Below, piece by piece: positions 13,456 through 27,598 of a stretch of DNA of 64,000 bases (the stretch's first letter is position 1; each line of letters opens with the position of its first letter). The notes beneath the pieces are model-generated. The model was not told the DNA's origin. It was given only the letters and a program-made list of their open reading frames with translations, and did no database searches. This DNA comes from the human T2T-CHM13v2.0 reference genome, Homo sapiens: the NCBI RefSeq assembly GCF_009914755.1, contig NC_060931.1. The stretch is one strand, 5' to 3'. The position numbers and the translations under genes were made by a program.

Positions 13456-13985
13456 TGCTATGGTCTAAATTCTCAAGGCTGTGCCATATTTTGGCCATTG
13501 TTTTTTTCCTATGATAGATTTTCAGGGTGCCTTCCATTTTCCACCAATCATAAATAAATTGTGTGAAGGATACCCTTGTATGTATTGCCACATAGACCTT
13601 TGTAAATATTTATTTCGAATTCTGAGTGTGTCTAAATGTTTATGTCCCTCCCAAATTCATATGTTGAAATCCTCACTCTCAAGGTGATGGCATTGGTAGG
13701 TGTGGCCTTTGGTAGGTGATTAGTTCATAGGGGTGAAGCCATCATGAATGAGATTAGTGCCCTTATAAAAGAGGCCTAAAAAAGACGCCTCATCCCTTCC
13801 ACCTGCTGAGATGAGAGTGGGAAGAAGGCTGTCGATGAGAAAGTCAGACCTCATTGGACACTGAATCTGCTGGTACCTTGATCTTGAACTTTCCAGACTC
13901 CAGAACTATGAGAAATAAATTCCCGTTGTTTATAAGCCACCAAATCTATAATATTTTGTTGTAGCAACCTGAATGCACTAAGAAA
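13456..13985 (+). mobile_element. MLT1A-type MaLR LTR interrupted by a 159-bp insert
   Basis: TGCTATGGTCTAAAT[insert]GTCTAAATGTTTATGTCCCTCCCAAATTCATATGTTGAAATCC...CCAGAACTATGAGAAATAAAT...GCACTAAGAAA; near-TSD GCATA/ACATA. Confidence 0.85.
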
Positions 13986-14143
13986 ACATATTTTATCCAG
14001 TTATTTTAAGAATTTTCATGGAGATACTTATACATCTTATTATGACCTGTGAACTTATTATCACCTGGCACATGAGCTCGTTTGTTTAGTAATGTGAGAT
14101 GAGGGCAGGTTGAAGGCCACCTTCCAGTGTTTGCTAATCTATT

Positions 14144-14458
<315 letters not shown>

Positions 14459-15629
14459 TGTTAATCTGTTGAATTTAAGAAGGGTGGAGGAGACAAACAC
14501 AGTCTTGATTACGCTCATTTCCCTCCAAGGCACTGCATATATCATCTCTGTTCTGCCTCCTGTAAAGGCTTAGAGAGAAACAGCATTAGGACTCTGTTTC
14601 TCTAGGTTGTAACTCACTAGTCCTGGGTGATTGGATTGCAGGGTGGGTAAATGTGAATGTCTGGGGGCAGCTGTTTCATGGACACTTGTTTATATAGATC
14701 ACATATCTCAGCAGGGCTTTGGCAGTCTCCTGATAATGCCTTGGAACATCTGCACTGGCAATATGAATGGTTGGCACTGGTTTTTATGGTGAAGGCCTAG
14801 GAAATGATTGTCCCACACACAGAGGAGAGGCCAGAGGAGTATTTACAAAGCTTTACTTTAACAGATCCTCTCACTGCTCCTCTAGCTGTTCTCTGTCCCA
14901 AGCTTCAGGCAAAGCCCTCCCCTCAACATGTCATTTAAATCAGCTTTAGCATCCCAGTGGAAAATTTGTTTCTGTAATATATTTTCCCTCCCACTTCTAT
15001 AGTTATTCCAGGTTTAATTTTACAGAGGAAGCCAGAAGCCCCATGTTAAGTTGCCATATGGGCAGGAACCAGAAGTTCCTACTATGTTGAGTAAATATTT
15101 TTTTCACAAGCTGATGTCCTGTTTTAAAGACATCTGTTCATTCTTTTGCCCACTTATCCTCTGGGTCTTTGTTTTTTTAAATTAACTTATATGAGCTATT
15201 TATCTATTATGAATATCATTACATTTCCTGACATTTTAATGCAAACATTTTAAATGCAAATATTGAATGTTTTTTTTTAAATTTTTGCTTGTCTTTTACA
15301 TATTGCTAATAAAAGAAAATGTATACTTTCAATGTAGATAATTATATATATAGAATTTCCTTTGTGATATCCTTCATTAATTTTAATCTTAGAAAATTCT
15401 AGGGATATGAAGTCCATGACAGGAAGTATTTAAATCATTTAACTATATAGGATATACATGTGTAGTGAGCATCCTGATAAAAAAAGTAAACATCCTATTC
15501 AACAAATATAAAAGGCATAACCATCAATGACTGGTAATAGGGAGATAATTCCTAAGACTTAAGGCTTATAAAAATTGCTTAAAAATTTTAAAAGAAGTCT
15601 TTAAAGGAGTTTTTTGGAACAAGAAAAAC

Positions 15630-15790
15630 CCAGGATTCAGGAGTGAGGATCTAAGAGTCTGTGTCTTAACTGCATTTGAAACTTTCTAATGAATAAGCTT
15701 ACACATTATTTAGCATCTTTTGGTCTCAGTTTAAAAGAAAGTCTGTTAAATGATGATGATAACAGTTGAAAGCACATTGTTGTAACATTT
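15630..15790 (+). mobile_element. MIR fragment
   Basis: CAGGAGTGAGGATCTAAG...TTATTTAGCATCTTTTGGTCTCAGTTT...GATGATAACAG core similarity. Confidence 0.5.
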
Positions 15791-16141
15791 TAAATTGAAT
15801 AATAACTTTATGTATTAATAGTAGCAATAATAGTAACAAAAAAGGGAATGACTAACTGCTAAAAGAAGGTAAGACTTAGTGAGATTGCTGAATTATTTTG
15901 TGTTCATATTCTACAGAAATACATAATAATTAGAAAGAATGAAAAAAAATACTCCCAAAATGATTTGGCTTCACTAATGTGAGAAAACAATAGAAGAATA
16001 CATAGGTGCTTTCAATGGTGCTTTGTTTTTCATTGCAACATCCAGAACTGATGAAATTCATATACATGATATTCCCATGAGTACCCATGACATTGATTAA
16101 ACTCTTGACTAGTTAAGAAAATAAGTCAAAATTAAACTTAC

Positions 16142-16626
16142 TGTGCTGGTTAAAATATAAGTTCAACTAAACATAAAAGAAACTCAAAAACAGTGGTTAA
16201 ACTGAGAGAAGTTCATTTTCTCAAACATGTAAAAATGTGTAAGGAGGTGTCTGTCTCACAGCTAATATGATTTCTCTGCACCAGTCAATCTTTCAGAGAG
16301 CCATATGCCTTCCATCTTCATGATCTGCTAGGATGCTGCCATTATCTGCACAGCCCAATATAGTTTACAACCATGATTATGTTTCAAGTGGTGGATGGAA
16401 AAAGAACAAGCATCTTCCTTTAAGGATGTAATCTAGAAATTACACAGTCTACTTCTTATATCTCCACGGCAGACCTTTGTCAAAGGTCTACTATTGCTGT
16501 AAACAATAAGGAGGAATTTCGTCTTTATTCTGCACAGTCAAATGCTGAGGTAAACAGTAGATTCTTAATACTCTGAGAGTGAAGCAAAGGATGGACATCG
16601 AGGGAACTATTATCGACTTCTGTACA
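16142..16626 (-). mobile_element. Ancient MaLR LTR (MLT1J/K/L-like)
   Basis: CTCAAAAACAGTGGTTAAA...CCTTCCATCTT...CCTTTAAGGATG...GTCTTTATTCTG...GGATGGACATCGAGGG pattern typical of antisense MLT1K-class LTRs. Confidence 0.6.
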
Positions 16627-16802
16627 TTAGTTCTTTGGGTGTTGGACTGCCTTCCTATTCAAATCCAAATTTATATCTTTTTCTTTATCGAACTGTCATG
16701 TTGCCCAAACCCTAACAATTACAGATTGATAAACTGAACATGAATTTTTGGCACATTTTAAATAAGCTGTTCATAAATATTTAGAAAAATACATCTTTGA
16801 GT

Positions 16803-17297
16803 GACATTTGGTCAAACATTATTCTGGGTGAGTCTGTGAGCATGTTTCTTGATGAGAGTAACATTTGAATTGGTAGACTGAGTAAAGCAGATTGCCCCCT
16901 GCATTGTGGGAGGAACTCATTCAATCCACTGAAGGCCTGAGTAGAACAAAAAGGCTGACCTTCCTGCAAGTCAGAGAAAATTTCCTCCTGCCTGACTGCC
17001 TTGAGCTGGTACATTAGATTTCTCCTGTCTTTGGATTCAAATGGAAACATGAGCAATTCCTAGGTGTCAAGCTTGCGGGCCTTCAGACTGGAGCTGTACC
17101 ATCTGCTCTCCTGGTTCTCAGGGTGTTGAACCTGGACTGGAACTACATTATTGGCTCTTATGGGTCTCCAGCTTGATTATTACAGATCTTGAGACTTGTC
17201 AGCTTCCACAATCATGCGAGCCAATTCCTTATAATAAATCTCTTTCTACATATATATCTTACTGGTTATGTTTCTCTAGACAACTTTGATTAATACA
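16803..17297 (+). mobile_element. MLT2B (ERVL) LTR, 5' ~50 bp missing
   Basis: ATTTGGTCAAACATTATTCTGGGTG...GGTAGACTGAGTAAAGCAGATTGCCC...GAGCCAATTCCTTATAATAAATCTC...GATTAATACA. Confidence 0.85.
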
Positions 17298-18934
17298 CAT
17301 GTTAATGATTTTTAAACAGCTATTTTAGCAAATGAAGACAAACTCTTTGCTGGCATTACAGGCCTATTCTTATAAACTGGTTTTGCTTCTTGGAATGAAT
17401 ATTGCTCCATTTTGAAAGAAGAGGATTTTAAAGAAATGTATTGCTTATTGAGTTTCACTATGTAACACACATTTCTCATTCTTTTAGACTATTTCTGAAC
17501 ATAAATACAACAAACACAAAGGATCAGATTTTCATAATTAACAAGTCTTTGGTATAACATTAGAGATCAAATATTTTGTGGTCCCTTAATCTTCTGTCAT
17601 TTTTCCACATTTTGCTTAATTGCCATTCACTTTTACTGCTTTTAGGCTATTCTTGGCTGATTCAGCCTCATCTCAGGAAGAAACCTCTCACCTGGAATCT
17701 GGCCAGGCACACAGCTTGGGCTGCAAAGTCTCTTTCATCTTTCCAGGAAGCTGCCAAGTAACATGTCTTAATTTGCATTTCTGGAAAACATTAGTAGAAA
17801 TGTGTGCCTTTGCTCTCATGTAGAAGATGTTGAGAGGGGCATATAATATACTTCAATGCTAAAATTGTAGGGAAAAATATGCCAACATTTTATTTGGCTT
17901 CAGTTTTTTGGTGGAAATTCTTCCAGGTTTTAAATTCTGTAGTGGTTACTTGATGCCTAGTTGATAATGGAACATTTTTCTATAAACAAACAGGTGTCCT
18001 GTTATTAAAATATAACAATGTAAAACAAACTTCTTGTTTAATGAGAAGTTAGCTAATTTTGTCTTCCACGATCCTAAAATGGAGGCTTTACATTTCTATC
18101 TTTTATGTCTTAAACATCTGAAAAATAAGCATAAATAATGAGAATATTATTATTAGTGTTTAATGAAAAAATCATGTAAAAGTCTCCTAAAGATATGGGT
18201 AGGTGTACGCCAGCAAAGAAAACAAAGATTTGAATGTATTTTCCAGATATTTAAAGCAAAATGTGCATTTTAATTCAAGTATTACCTTTAGGTCTTTCTA
18301 GCTCTTACATGCTATTTGTCCCCCTTTTGAATTTTAGAATTAGTTTATATCTATATTTTGTTTTGCTAGTATAGACATGAATACAGGGAAATTTTATTAT
18401 GAAATGGAGAATATCACTTATAATATCATGACATGTTATTACCATAGTCCTTACAACGCACAGGAGTTTTTGCAGGTAACTTTGTACACTTATTTAGAAA
18501 AGTACTTGACTTGAAAAATAGGACAGTATTTATTGCCAGTAAAGAAACTAAAAGATGGAATTAAGACCAATAATTGAAAACCTAAATACAAAGGTAAAAG
18601 GCTTCAAAGCTAGGCTATGCTTAGCTACGAAGTTAGATAAATTACAGGCTAGTCCTTATAATTCAGATGTAAAAGGCAAAGATATTTGAGACTATACAGC
18701 ATTAAAAATTAAAATTCTTAAAATTAAATTGTGATAATAAGAGAAATTCAGAGGAAATTATTGTCAATGGGATATGAATTGTCTATCTTTTCAGAATACA
18801 AACATTTTTCTTGATGTATTATCCATATATATTTTTTAAAATAAGATTATTTTTAACACCTTAAACAGGACAAGTTTCCTATACATCCCTTCAGTAAACT
18901 TCATGTTCTGAAAGGCAGTGAGCATGATATCCAA

Positions 18935-19110
18935 TTTCTTTTTGAAATGTGGTATGACTTTGGAAAGTTATTTAACTACTCTGTGGCTCAGGCTCTTACT
19001 TTTAGAATGGGGATAATAAGAGTACCTATGTAATAGGGTTGTATGGATTAAAAATTAATACAAGTAGAAGACCTATAACAAGTTAATGCTCTCTACATAT
19101 TACTTATTAT
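18935..19110 (+). mobile_element. MIR
   Basis: TATGACTTTGGAAAGTTATTTAACTACTCTGTGGCTCAG...AATGGGGATAATAAGAGTACCT core. Confidence 0.75.
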
Positions 19111-19849
19111 AATTTTATTACTAGACACTTAAAAGTAGCCTTTAGTACTTCTGAAAACATGTACGCTGTATACTGAAGAAAATTATTTAGCTAGAAAGTA
19201 AATGCTATCTCAGGTGGAGAAAATTGGGAAGTAAAGCAATCAATGATATTGTAAGCTCAGATCCAGGCTTCAGATAGTGCAATATCTGGTACTTTATTGA
19301 TTGCAATGATTCAGTAAATATGAAGAAAGGAAGATATGTATATGTATTGAGAGAGAGGACTGCAGAATCTGGAGTAAATATCCTCTTGGGCTAAGCAGTT
19401 CTAGAAAAGTTCTTCACATTGGCTTATATTTTAGGTCAAAATAGAGTTATCATTCCGATTGTCAATGTAGCCATGATTATTTTTCCTCTTTGATGCCAAT
19501 CAACTAAATTTCCCTTCATTTGGAGATTATATCAGGAGATTGATATTGTTAATAAATTAAGTCTGATGGTGTCTTAGGTTCAGAATGATCTTTCCACTAA
19601 TAAGCACATCACTGTCAAATTTCTTCTCACTAGTGCATATGGAAGACATGATTACACTACAGCATTGTTATTTCTATGTCACTTTGCTGGTCTTATGCAT
19701 TTAATCAGCTATTTTGTTTATTACACAATTAGCAATCAGCTGCAGTGTTGCAAAGATTTTAATGATATTGTTCAACAATACGAAACACACCAAGAAGTGT
19801 GTGGTTTTTTTTAATTCTTTTCAGTACATAACAGCAAACACTCAGCCTT

Positions 19850-20080
19850 TAAGACACAGAGCAGGGTCTCCTTTGGGAAGCTTCCTTCAGTGCCTTCCAC
19901 TGTTCCCTTATACCACTTGTGGTTCCCTTTATTGTGGCACATATTGTGTTGCAATCATAATTTTAGTTTTCTGTATCCCCAACTAGATTTTAAGCAGGCC
20001 AAAATCTATTTGGTTTTTGCCTGAACATTCAGTATCTGGTATGTAAGTAGGGAATCATAAATATTTTCTGAATGAATAAA
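19850..20080 (+). mobile_element. L2 3' end
   Basis: CTGTATCCCCAACTAGATTTTAAGC...AGTAGGGAATCATAAATATTTTCTGAATGAATAAAT. Confidence 0.65.
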
Positions 20081-20479
20081 TTATTGGGAAATATCTATAA
20101 ATTCCCACATCTCTAAGTCCATTAGATTTAATTCTGGGAATTTGCAAGGCAGACAAAGAGGATGAAATGTTTCTGGAAAAATACATCACATTGGACAAAG
20201 GGAAAAGAGGGTGAAAATAAAGTGTATTTTAGGGACTATAAAGGTTTTAATAAGGACATGGCTCCATGTGCCTCACTACTCACTAGAGAACTGCCGATCA
20301 TTCTTAAACACACTGCTCACATATTATATTTTTGAAGAAGACTTCTCAGAACTTTTCTTCTTTCTTCTACCCAAGGTAGAATTTTTACTACTCTTTATTG
20401 TCATTACTTTACATTGTACACATTTATTTATGTCACATTAAATATCTTATTTATTTGACCACCTTCCCTACTTAAAACT

Positions 20480-20700
20480 AATGGCAGAATAGGGAAGAGA
20501 GATTGGACTTAGCAGTCTGACAGATCTTGGTTTAAATACTGACTTTGCTACTTGTAACTGGGTAATTGACAATAAACAGTCATTTAATTTTCTTTAAAGC
20601 CTTAATTTCTTTATCAGTAAAATGGGGAAAATAGTACCAACTTCACAGGAGTTTTAGGATCACTTATATTAGGTACATAACAAGTGCACAATAAATTATA
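20480..20700 (+). mobile_element. MIR
   Basis: GGACTTAGCAGTCTGACAGATCTTGGTTTAAATACTGACTTTGCTACTT...GTAAAATGGGGAAAATAGTACC. Confidence 0.75.
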
Positions 20701-20862
20701 TTTCCTTTCTCTTTCATCTTCTCTGAAGACAGGAATTACGTTTTTTTAATTTATTCATAGCAACTAGTACATTCTCTGGCACCTAGAAATGTTTTATAGA
20801 TGCTTATTGAATGAACAAAGCATAAGTTCATTTAAATGTCTGATATAGATATGTGTGTGAGT

Positions 20863-20875
20863 GTATATATATATG

Positions 20876-20917
<42 letters not shown>
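20863..20917. repeat. (TA)n microsatellite
   Basis: About 17 uninterrupted AT units preceded by a TG/TA mix. Confidence 0.95.
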
Positions 20918-20919
<2 letters not shown>

Positions 20920-23175
20920 AGTAAATATTCAGGAAGAATTTATTTGGAAACAAGAACTATCTACATTTCTAAATTGAGTGTACCAGGAACCCTACTGTAG
21001 TAATTCCTGTATAGTCTAGTCTGCTTTGCCATTCTTGGTAGGGTATCAAGCTATCCTGAATTCAGATATGGAAGACGACAGGAAAGAACATTCCAAGCAT
21101 TCTACTTGCTGAGGTTGCTCCTATTGGAATATCTGGGGAAATAACCACACACAACTTAACACAACCTTCTAAGTAAGTACACATCATTTATCAGCTTACC
21201 AAAGTTTCTAAGTCTTCCTTTCCCTGAGGAGGCGCACAGACACTTAAATAAATTGAATTGGTGTTGTTTGTAACTGGTCTGTTATAAATCATTGAGTGAG
21301 TGCATATTATTATCTAGGTTGCTTTAACATGCTGTCCTCTTTACATTCCTGAGCATAATTGCCGATTAAAGATTGTTCCCAGGGAGCCTCAGTTTTGCCT
21401 TATGACAGCATGTACACATGAGTACCTTATGTCATTTCTATAAATATTAAGCATCCAGCAAGCCTGGAGAATGTGCAAGGCAAGGTCCACAGACGACTTA
21501 GTCCCTTTCTACATTTCTTTTTGCTCTGTATATTTGGAGTTCCTTGGACTTGCTTTTTCTCCCTTTCTCTTCCTTTTGCTTCTCTTCCCCTCTTCTCTTC
21601 CACTCCTCTCCTCCACTTTTTTATTGGTTCAATAGCTGGGTCAATGAGACAAACTGCAAAACTGCATGCCTACATCAAGAATGTGATGAGGCAGATAAAC
21701 TTTTTACCCTGGCAATCCCATTTTGGTCGATTACTACCTGTCAGTAAAGGTGGTTTCTCCTACTATTCATTTAGAGAGTTCGATTACTTTGAAAAGCTTC
21801 AGTGCATTAGTGAAAGAAAGTGGAGAAATAAGATAATGTGGTTATGAGAGGACCATTCTACTAAATAATTTATCTATTTTGCTAATTGAACTCTCAATAT
21901 TTAATTATTATTTGGGGGATATATAACTTGATTGAATTTTCTAACTGTAAAGTTAAATTAACAGGAGTGGGATTTATTGCATAAAACTGCTGAGTTAATT
22001 CCAAGCTGAATTTTGTCTTTTGTCATTTGATGTTATTCTTAACTTTCTTCAATTTAAATGTAGAATAATTTTATATACAGAGAAAATAGATAAAATTTAG
22101 ACCTTTATACTTTTTTAGAAAGATTCTTGGTTTGTATTCAATATTTTTAAATCTACCATCCAATAATATGATCTTTACATTTACTTTTTTACATTTGTTG
22201 TGTGCCAAATTGGCTGTGACACTAATAAGCAGCCAAGAGTTACATATCCTGTGATTTTGCCTCATCCTTTAGGACATCTCAGTAATTTTTAAGATGTTCT
22301 TCAGTATATGATATTTAAGGGAATCAAAATATAATTCAAAACACACTGTGTATTAAAATCTTAATTTCCATTAAATAATGGAAGAATCTAAATGTTGGAT
22401 TGAAGATTGTTTTTCCCAGTGTACAGTAGAAGGAAACTTCATACTGATTTAATGCCTGGTGTTTCATAAATACAAAGCACATATGTAAAATTCACATAAG
22501 CAAATTTATTTGTTAAAATAATTTCTCTAGATTTGCAACCAAGCTATTGTGTATCAAGAAAAAATCAAGTACTTAAACATGTTCATGTGTTTCGGGGATG
22601 AGGTATTTTTCTGGGCACCTTGCCCTTCCCTTTTGGAAGGCAGGCTTCACTTCAGCTGAGCTTGTCGAAGCTGATGGCCTGGCACTCTGCTTCTGGCACT
22701 GAACTTGAATCAGCATTTTAAGAGAAACATGAAAAAATCAACATTCTGTGTTTACACTTTGCCAATTGTTGTACATTAGTAAAGAATCCCTTTTCAATGT
22801 TTTATAGTTCAGCAATGCCTACATTGGCATTTAGTTTTCACTTCTCAACAAAGTATAAGTGAAATGCCAATGTCTATACTATGAACTTAGGAATTCATCT
22901 AAATATCTTTAATATAGTTCTGAATGTGCTAATGCCATTTTGCTTTTTCCAAGTAAATGCCAGCTTAAATTAAAACATTGTAAAAATGGATATTTCTTTA
23001 TAATATAGAGAAATTATATTTCATCTCTTTATATATTTTCTTATAAACAATGACTACATGGAAACAAATTATTTACCAATATTCAATGTTATTTTTAAGA
23101 AGTGGCATTCTTCCATCCTAATTTAAAGTAATGTATATATATGCACAATGAATGAAAAGGATGACTTATTCTCCC

Positions 23176-23577
23176 TGTAAAAACTGAGCTGTGCCCCCAA
23201 CCCCTCCAAGTTCCGATGCTGAAGTTCTACTTCCTAAAATGTGACTGTATTTAGAAATAGGATTTCTAAAGAGGTAATTTAGGTTAAATGAGGTTAAATA
23301 GGTTATAGGCCTTAATTTAATATGACTGGTGCTCTTATAAGAGGAGGAAGAGCTACCAGGTATGCTTGCACAGAGGAAAGGTCACATTTGCTGTGAGGAC
23401 AGCAAGGTGGTCATCTGGAAGTTTTCCAAGGCCTCAAAAGAAACAAAACCTGCTGATACCTTGGTTTTTGACTTCTATCTTTCAGAACTGTAATAATAAT
23501 AATAATAATACTAAGTTTCTATTGTTCAAACCACCCAGTCTTTGGTATTCTTTTATGGAAGTTCTAGCGAAAAATGC
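23176..23577 (+). mobile_element. MLT1B-like MaLR LTR with internal (TAA)n
   Basis: AATGTGACTGTATTTAGAAATAGG...GGTTAAATGAGGT...ATGACTGGTGCTCTTATAAGAGGAGG...CCTGCTGATACCTTG...CCACCCAGTCTTTGGTA. Confidence 0.8.
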
Positions 23578-23642
23578 CCTCCCTTTTATTTCTTTAACGA
23601 AATTTGATGATACTCATTCTCCTTAAAAGATAAGGGTGAGAG

Positions 23643-24060
<418 letters not shown>

Positions 24061-25524
24061 TCAGATGATGCCTAGACGCAATGTAGAAGATATGACACGA
24101 CCTTTTTCTAAGGTCACATATGTGGGCAAAAGAGAGGTAAAATTTGAGCCCAAGTCTGTCAGAGATCATAGCTCATACTTTTAAACTTTATATACTATAT
24201 TTGATGGAGTCAAAGCCCTCAGAAAAGTGAAATTGTAGTTTTCATGTTTTCCAGCTCAAGCTGGTGTTTTCAAATCTGTGATAGTTAGAAGAGTTCAACC
24301 CAGTAAACATTTCCTCAGGATCTCACTGTGAATGTGAAAGACACTTTTGCTCAAAGTAGAATCTAGTAGTAGTAGAACTAAAGACAACTGCAGTAATACA
24401 AGAATGATGAAGGTAGAGAGGAAGGAATGACACAAATTCTGTTGGTGGTGGTTGTGGTGGTGTTGGTGAAGACGAGAATGATTCACCATTTTAGTTTTGC
24501 TCTTAAATATTTTTATGTTTTATTATATTTTTTTAAAAATTATTAGCCTCTATGTCCCCTATGCTTGATATCATATTTATGTGCAGAAACAATACTGATT
24601 AATTCAGAATTAAAATTGCTTTAGAGACCTTACATTTCAGCTATGCATTAATATCATTATTGTTTTCACTGGTTGCTTTGTTGAATCACTTTATTCCTAG
24701 ATATGTTAGGCCTTCTCTGAACTTATTCAGTAACTTGGGTACCATTTTTTAAGAAAGGATGTTAATGCTGATATTAAAAATTACATCATAATTTTTTTTT
24801 TGTCTACAGATATAATCGACTTTTAGCAAATTCAAAAAACCTCATGGGATTCTCCACTACTCTCAAGTTACCAGACTCTTCTTCTTCCTTTTATCACCAG
24901 GGTATCCAACACCATGGCCTATCCATTTCTTCTTAATGGTTTCTAATCTGATTTATTCCCCCATAGCTGTCCTGTACCAGCCGTATCAGAGATTACCAGT
25001 GACTCCCAGCTACCCATGACACCACCCTTTCTCATTCTCCTCTTCTTTGATTGGTCTTTGCTCATTACGAGACCTGCTCTTCTCCTGCGTTCCATGACAC
25101 TACACTTGCTTGGTTCCCCTCATTGTTCTCTGAAAGGCTCTTAGACTCTATAATGAACTCCTTGTGTATTGGCTTCTTATTGATAAGTCCTTTTCAGGTC
25201 TTTTTCCTTAAGGCTTTCAGTCATGCCCGTGAGTTGGACTCTCGCCTCTGTAAGGTTCTCTTCCAATGTTTATCTCTGTCATCTATTCTAAATTAAAAAT
25301 CTCTCTCTCAAATGTTACACTTTTATTTCTTGATTTCTCCTTTACTCCCTTGATATCACATCAGTATCTAAAACCTAACATACGTCAAATACTCCTTTGA
25401 GGTCATCCTATTTTCACTTAAAAAACTGCCATTTTCCCAATTTGAACCTGTTGACATTGCTTTGAATCTTCAAAGTACCTATTTCTACCGGTAGACTTCA
25501 CTTCATGAGGTTTCTGACATCCAT

Positions 25525-25770
25525 CGGTTAGGAAATTAGACTTTGACCAGAAGGCTAGGGTTTGAATCCTGGCTCCTACAATGAAATTCTGTGGTCTTAG
25601 TTATCACTTTCTCTTTCTAAGGTTATATTTTCTCTTCTGTAAGTGGGACAATAATAGCATCTACCCGTAGGGTTGTTGTGATGACTAAATACATCGACAT
25701 ATGTAAAGTATTTAAAATAGTGCCTATTATAGTAATCACCATATATATTAGTTTATACATCATCATCATC
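25525..25770 (+). mobile_element. MIR
   Basis: GGGTTTGAATCCTGGCTC...CTGTAAGTGGGACAATAATAGCATCTACC...GTAAAGTATTTAAAATAGTGCCT. Confidence 0.8.
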
Positions 25771-26186
25771 TATAATCTTTTCATTTCCATGGAAAATCTG
25801 TTTCTCATTATGTCCTATTTGGCCTTTGATAGATCTCTTCTAACAGGTTTCTCTCATTCTCAATCTCTTGATCTCTTCCTATGCTACTTAATTCTATAAC
25901 ACATTTCAAAATTAACATTCCAGAAACAGAATCCAAATAATTACAGCCCATACTGGCAAATATTCAGTCATTCAACTATTAATCATTTGTGTGGCATCAC
26001 AAAAGTCACTAAATTTCTCGTTTTAGTTTCCAAATCTCTACCATGAGAAGTAGGACTGAATGCTCCTAGCAAAAAGATTAGTTCTGTACTTTTGATTCCT
26101 CATTGCCTATATAGTGCATACATATCCCTAAGCATGACATTCAAAGATCTTCCTGCTTTGCTTACAAACTGCATTTCCAGCATTAA

Positions 26187-26353
26187 TTTCCCCCTCCTCC
26201 TCCTCCTTCTTCTTCCACTTCCTGTCCTCCTCCCCATCCTCCTTGTTCTTCTTCTTTTTTTCCTTCTCCCTCCTCCCTCTTTCCTCCTCCTTCTCCTCCT
26301 CTTCCTCCTCCTCTTCCTTCTTCTCCTCCTTCTCCTCCTTCTCCTTCCTCCTC
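26187..26353. repeat. (CCT/CTT)n polypyrimidine tract
   Basis: ~165 nt of almost only C/T with trinucleotide periodicity. Confidence 0.95.
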
Positions 26354-27367
26354 ACCATCGGACCATCTGTAATGAAATACAGTATTAGCTCCATGAATAT
26401 AATTAAGACATTCTCTCTGCCTGGAATTTCCTTCTTCATTTACTAAACAAAATTCTGTCATTTCTCTATGCTCAGTTCAATGCCAATGCTTTCATAAATC
26501 TACCCCACAAATCTCCACAAAAATACATTTGCTTTCTCCTCTGTAATCCATAATGAATAATGTGTATTACATAATTTTTTATCTGTTTCTCCTCCCTTAA
26601 ATGTAATTTCCTTGTGATTAGGGACCCTAATTTTTATTCATTACTGCATTCTCTTCTCCCAAACCCAGTATATGTGCTATGCTTTGCACATAGTCCCTGC
26701 TTCATTGATATTTATCAAATAAATATATGAGGAATCTAGTGTCTATAGGCTCAGCAGATACTTATTAAAAATGATCCTAAAATGTAATAGGAACCTTCAC
26801 TGTAAGGTAGCCATGGGAAGCTCCAAGTTTTTGCATAATCCCATTACAGGTCCTAGCCCAGAGAGAATCTTTTCACAATGGCAGTGATTTGTGAGCCTAC
26901 TTTGATTCAGCTGTATCAGAGGACTCCATGTCCTCCTGCACTCAACTGTTGGGCTAGAGTCTTTTCTTTTCACTTAGGAGAACAAATGTTGTCTCAAATA
27001 ACACACATGGGAAAGGATTAAAATGTGAGCTCCTTATTCACTTTGGTATTTCTAGAGCCTAGCGAATGGTGGGTTCTCAATACGAGTTTGGGACGGAGTT
27101 ACGACAGCATGCATATTTGGGTGAGGCTCCTGAAAGGCCCATCTGAAGCTTGCATCTTATGGCTGAACTCACCTATGCTGAGGAATGGCACGTGGAGGCA
27201 GGAGAACTAGGGTCAGTCAGAAGACAAACTACATTGTCTTTCCAAATAAATAATACCGAGCTGAGTAAACTCTTTTTTGATTATTTAGAGGTTTCTTAAA
27301 ATATAGAAGTACAAGTGTTAGGAATTTTTTTTTCTGGTCACTTGATTTCCAAGGACTTTTAAAGATA

Positions 27368-27598
<231 letters not shown>

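Larger units (their letters stand above)
24840..26730 (+). mobile_element. Fragmented L2, interrupted by a MIR and a CT-rich tract
   Basis: TTCCATGACACTACACTTGCTTGGTTCCC, CTCTCTGCCTGGAATTTCCTTC, AATGTAATTTCCTTGTGATTAGGGACC...ATATTTATCAAATAAAT. Confidence 0.65.

Noticed and set aside
21473-21847. 124-aa ORF in unique sequence
   Set aside because: Non-ATG start, driven by a pyrimidine-rich stretch, no recognisable homology or splice structure
22619-22705. Possible minus-strand exon (CQKQSARPSASTSSAEVKPAFQKGRA)
   Set aside because: Weak donor (AG|GTGCCC) and ambiguous acceptor
26092-26461. Poly-E/K, poly-L, poly-S and poly-G ORFs
   Set aside because: Artefacts of the stop-free (CCT/CTT)n tract
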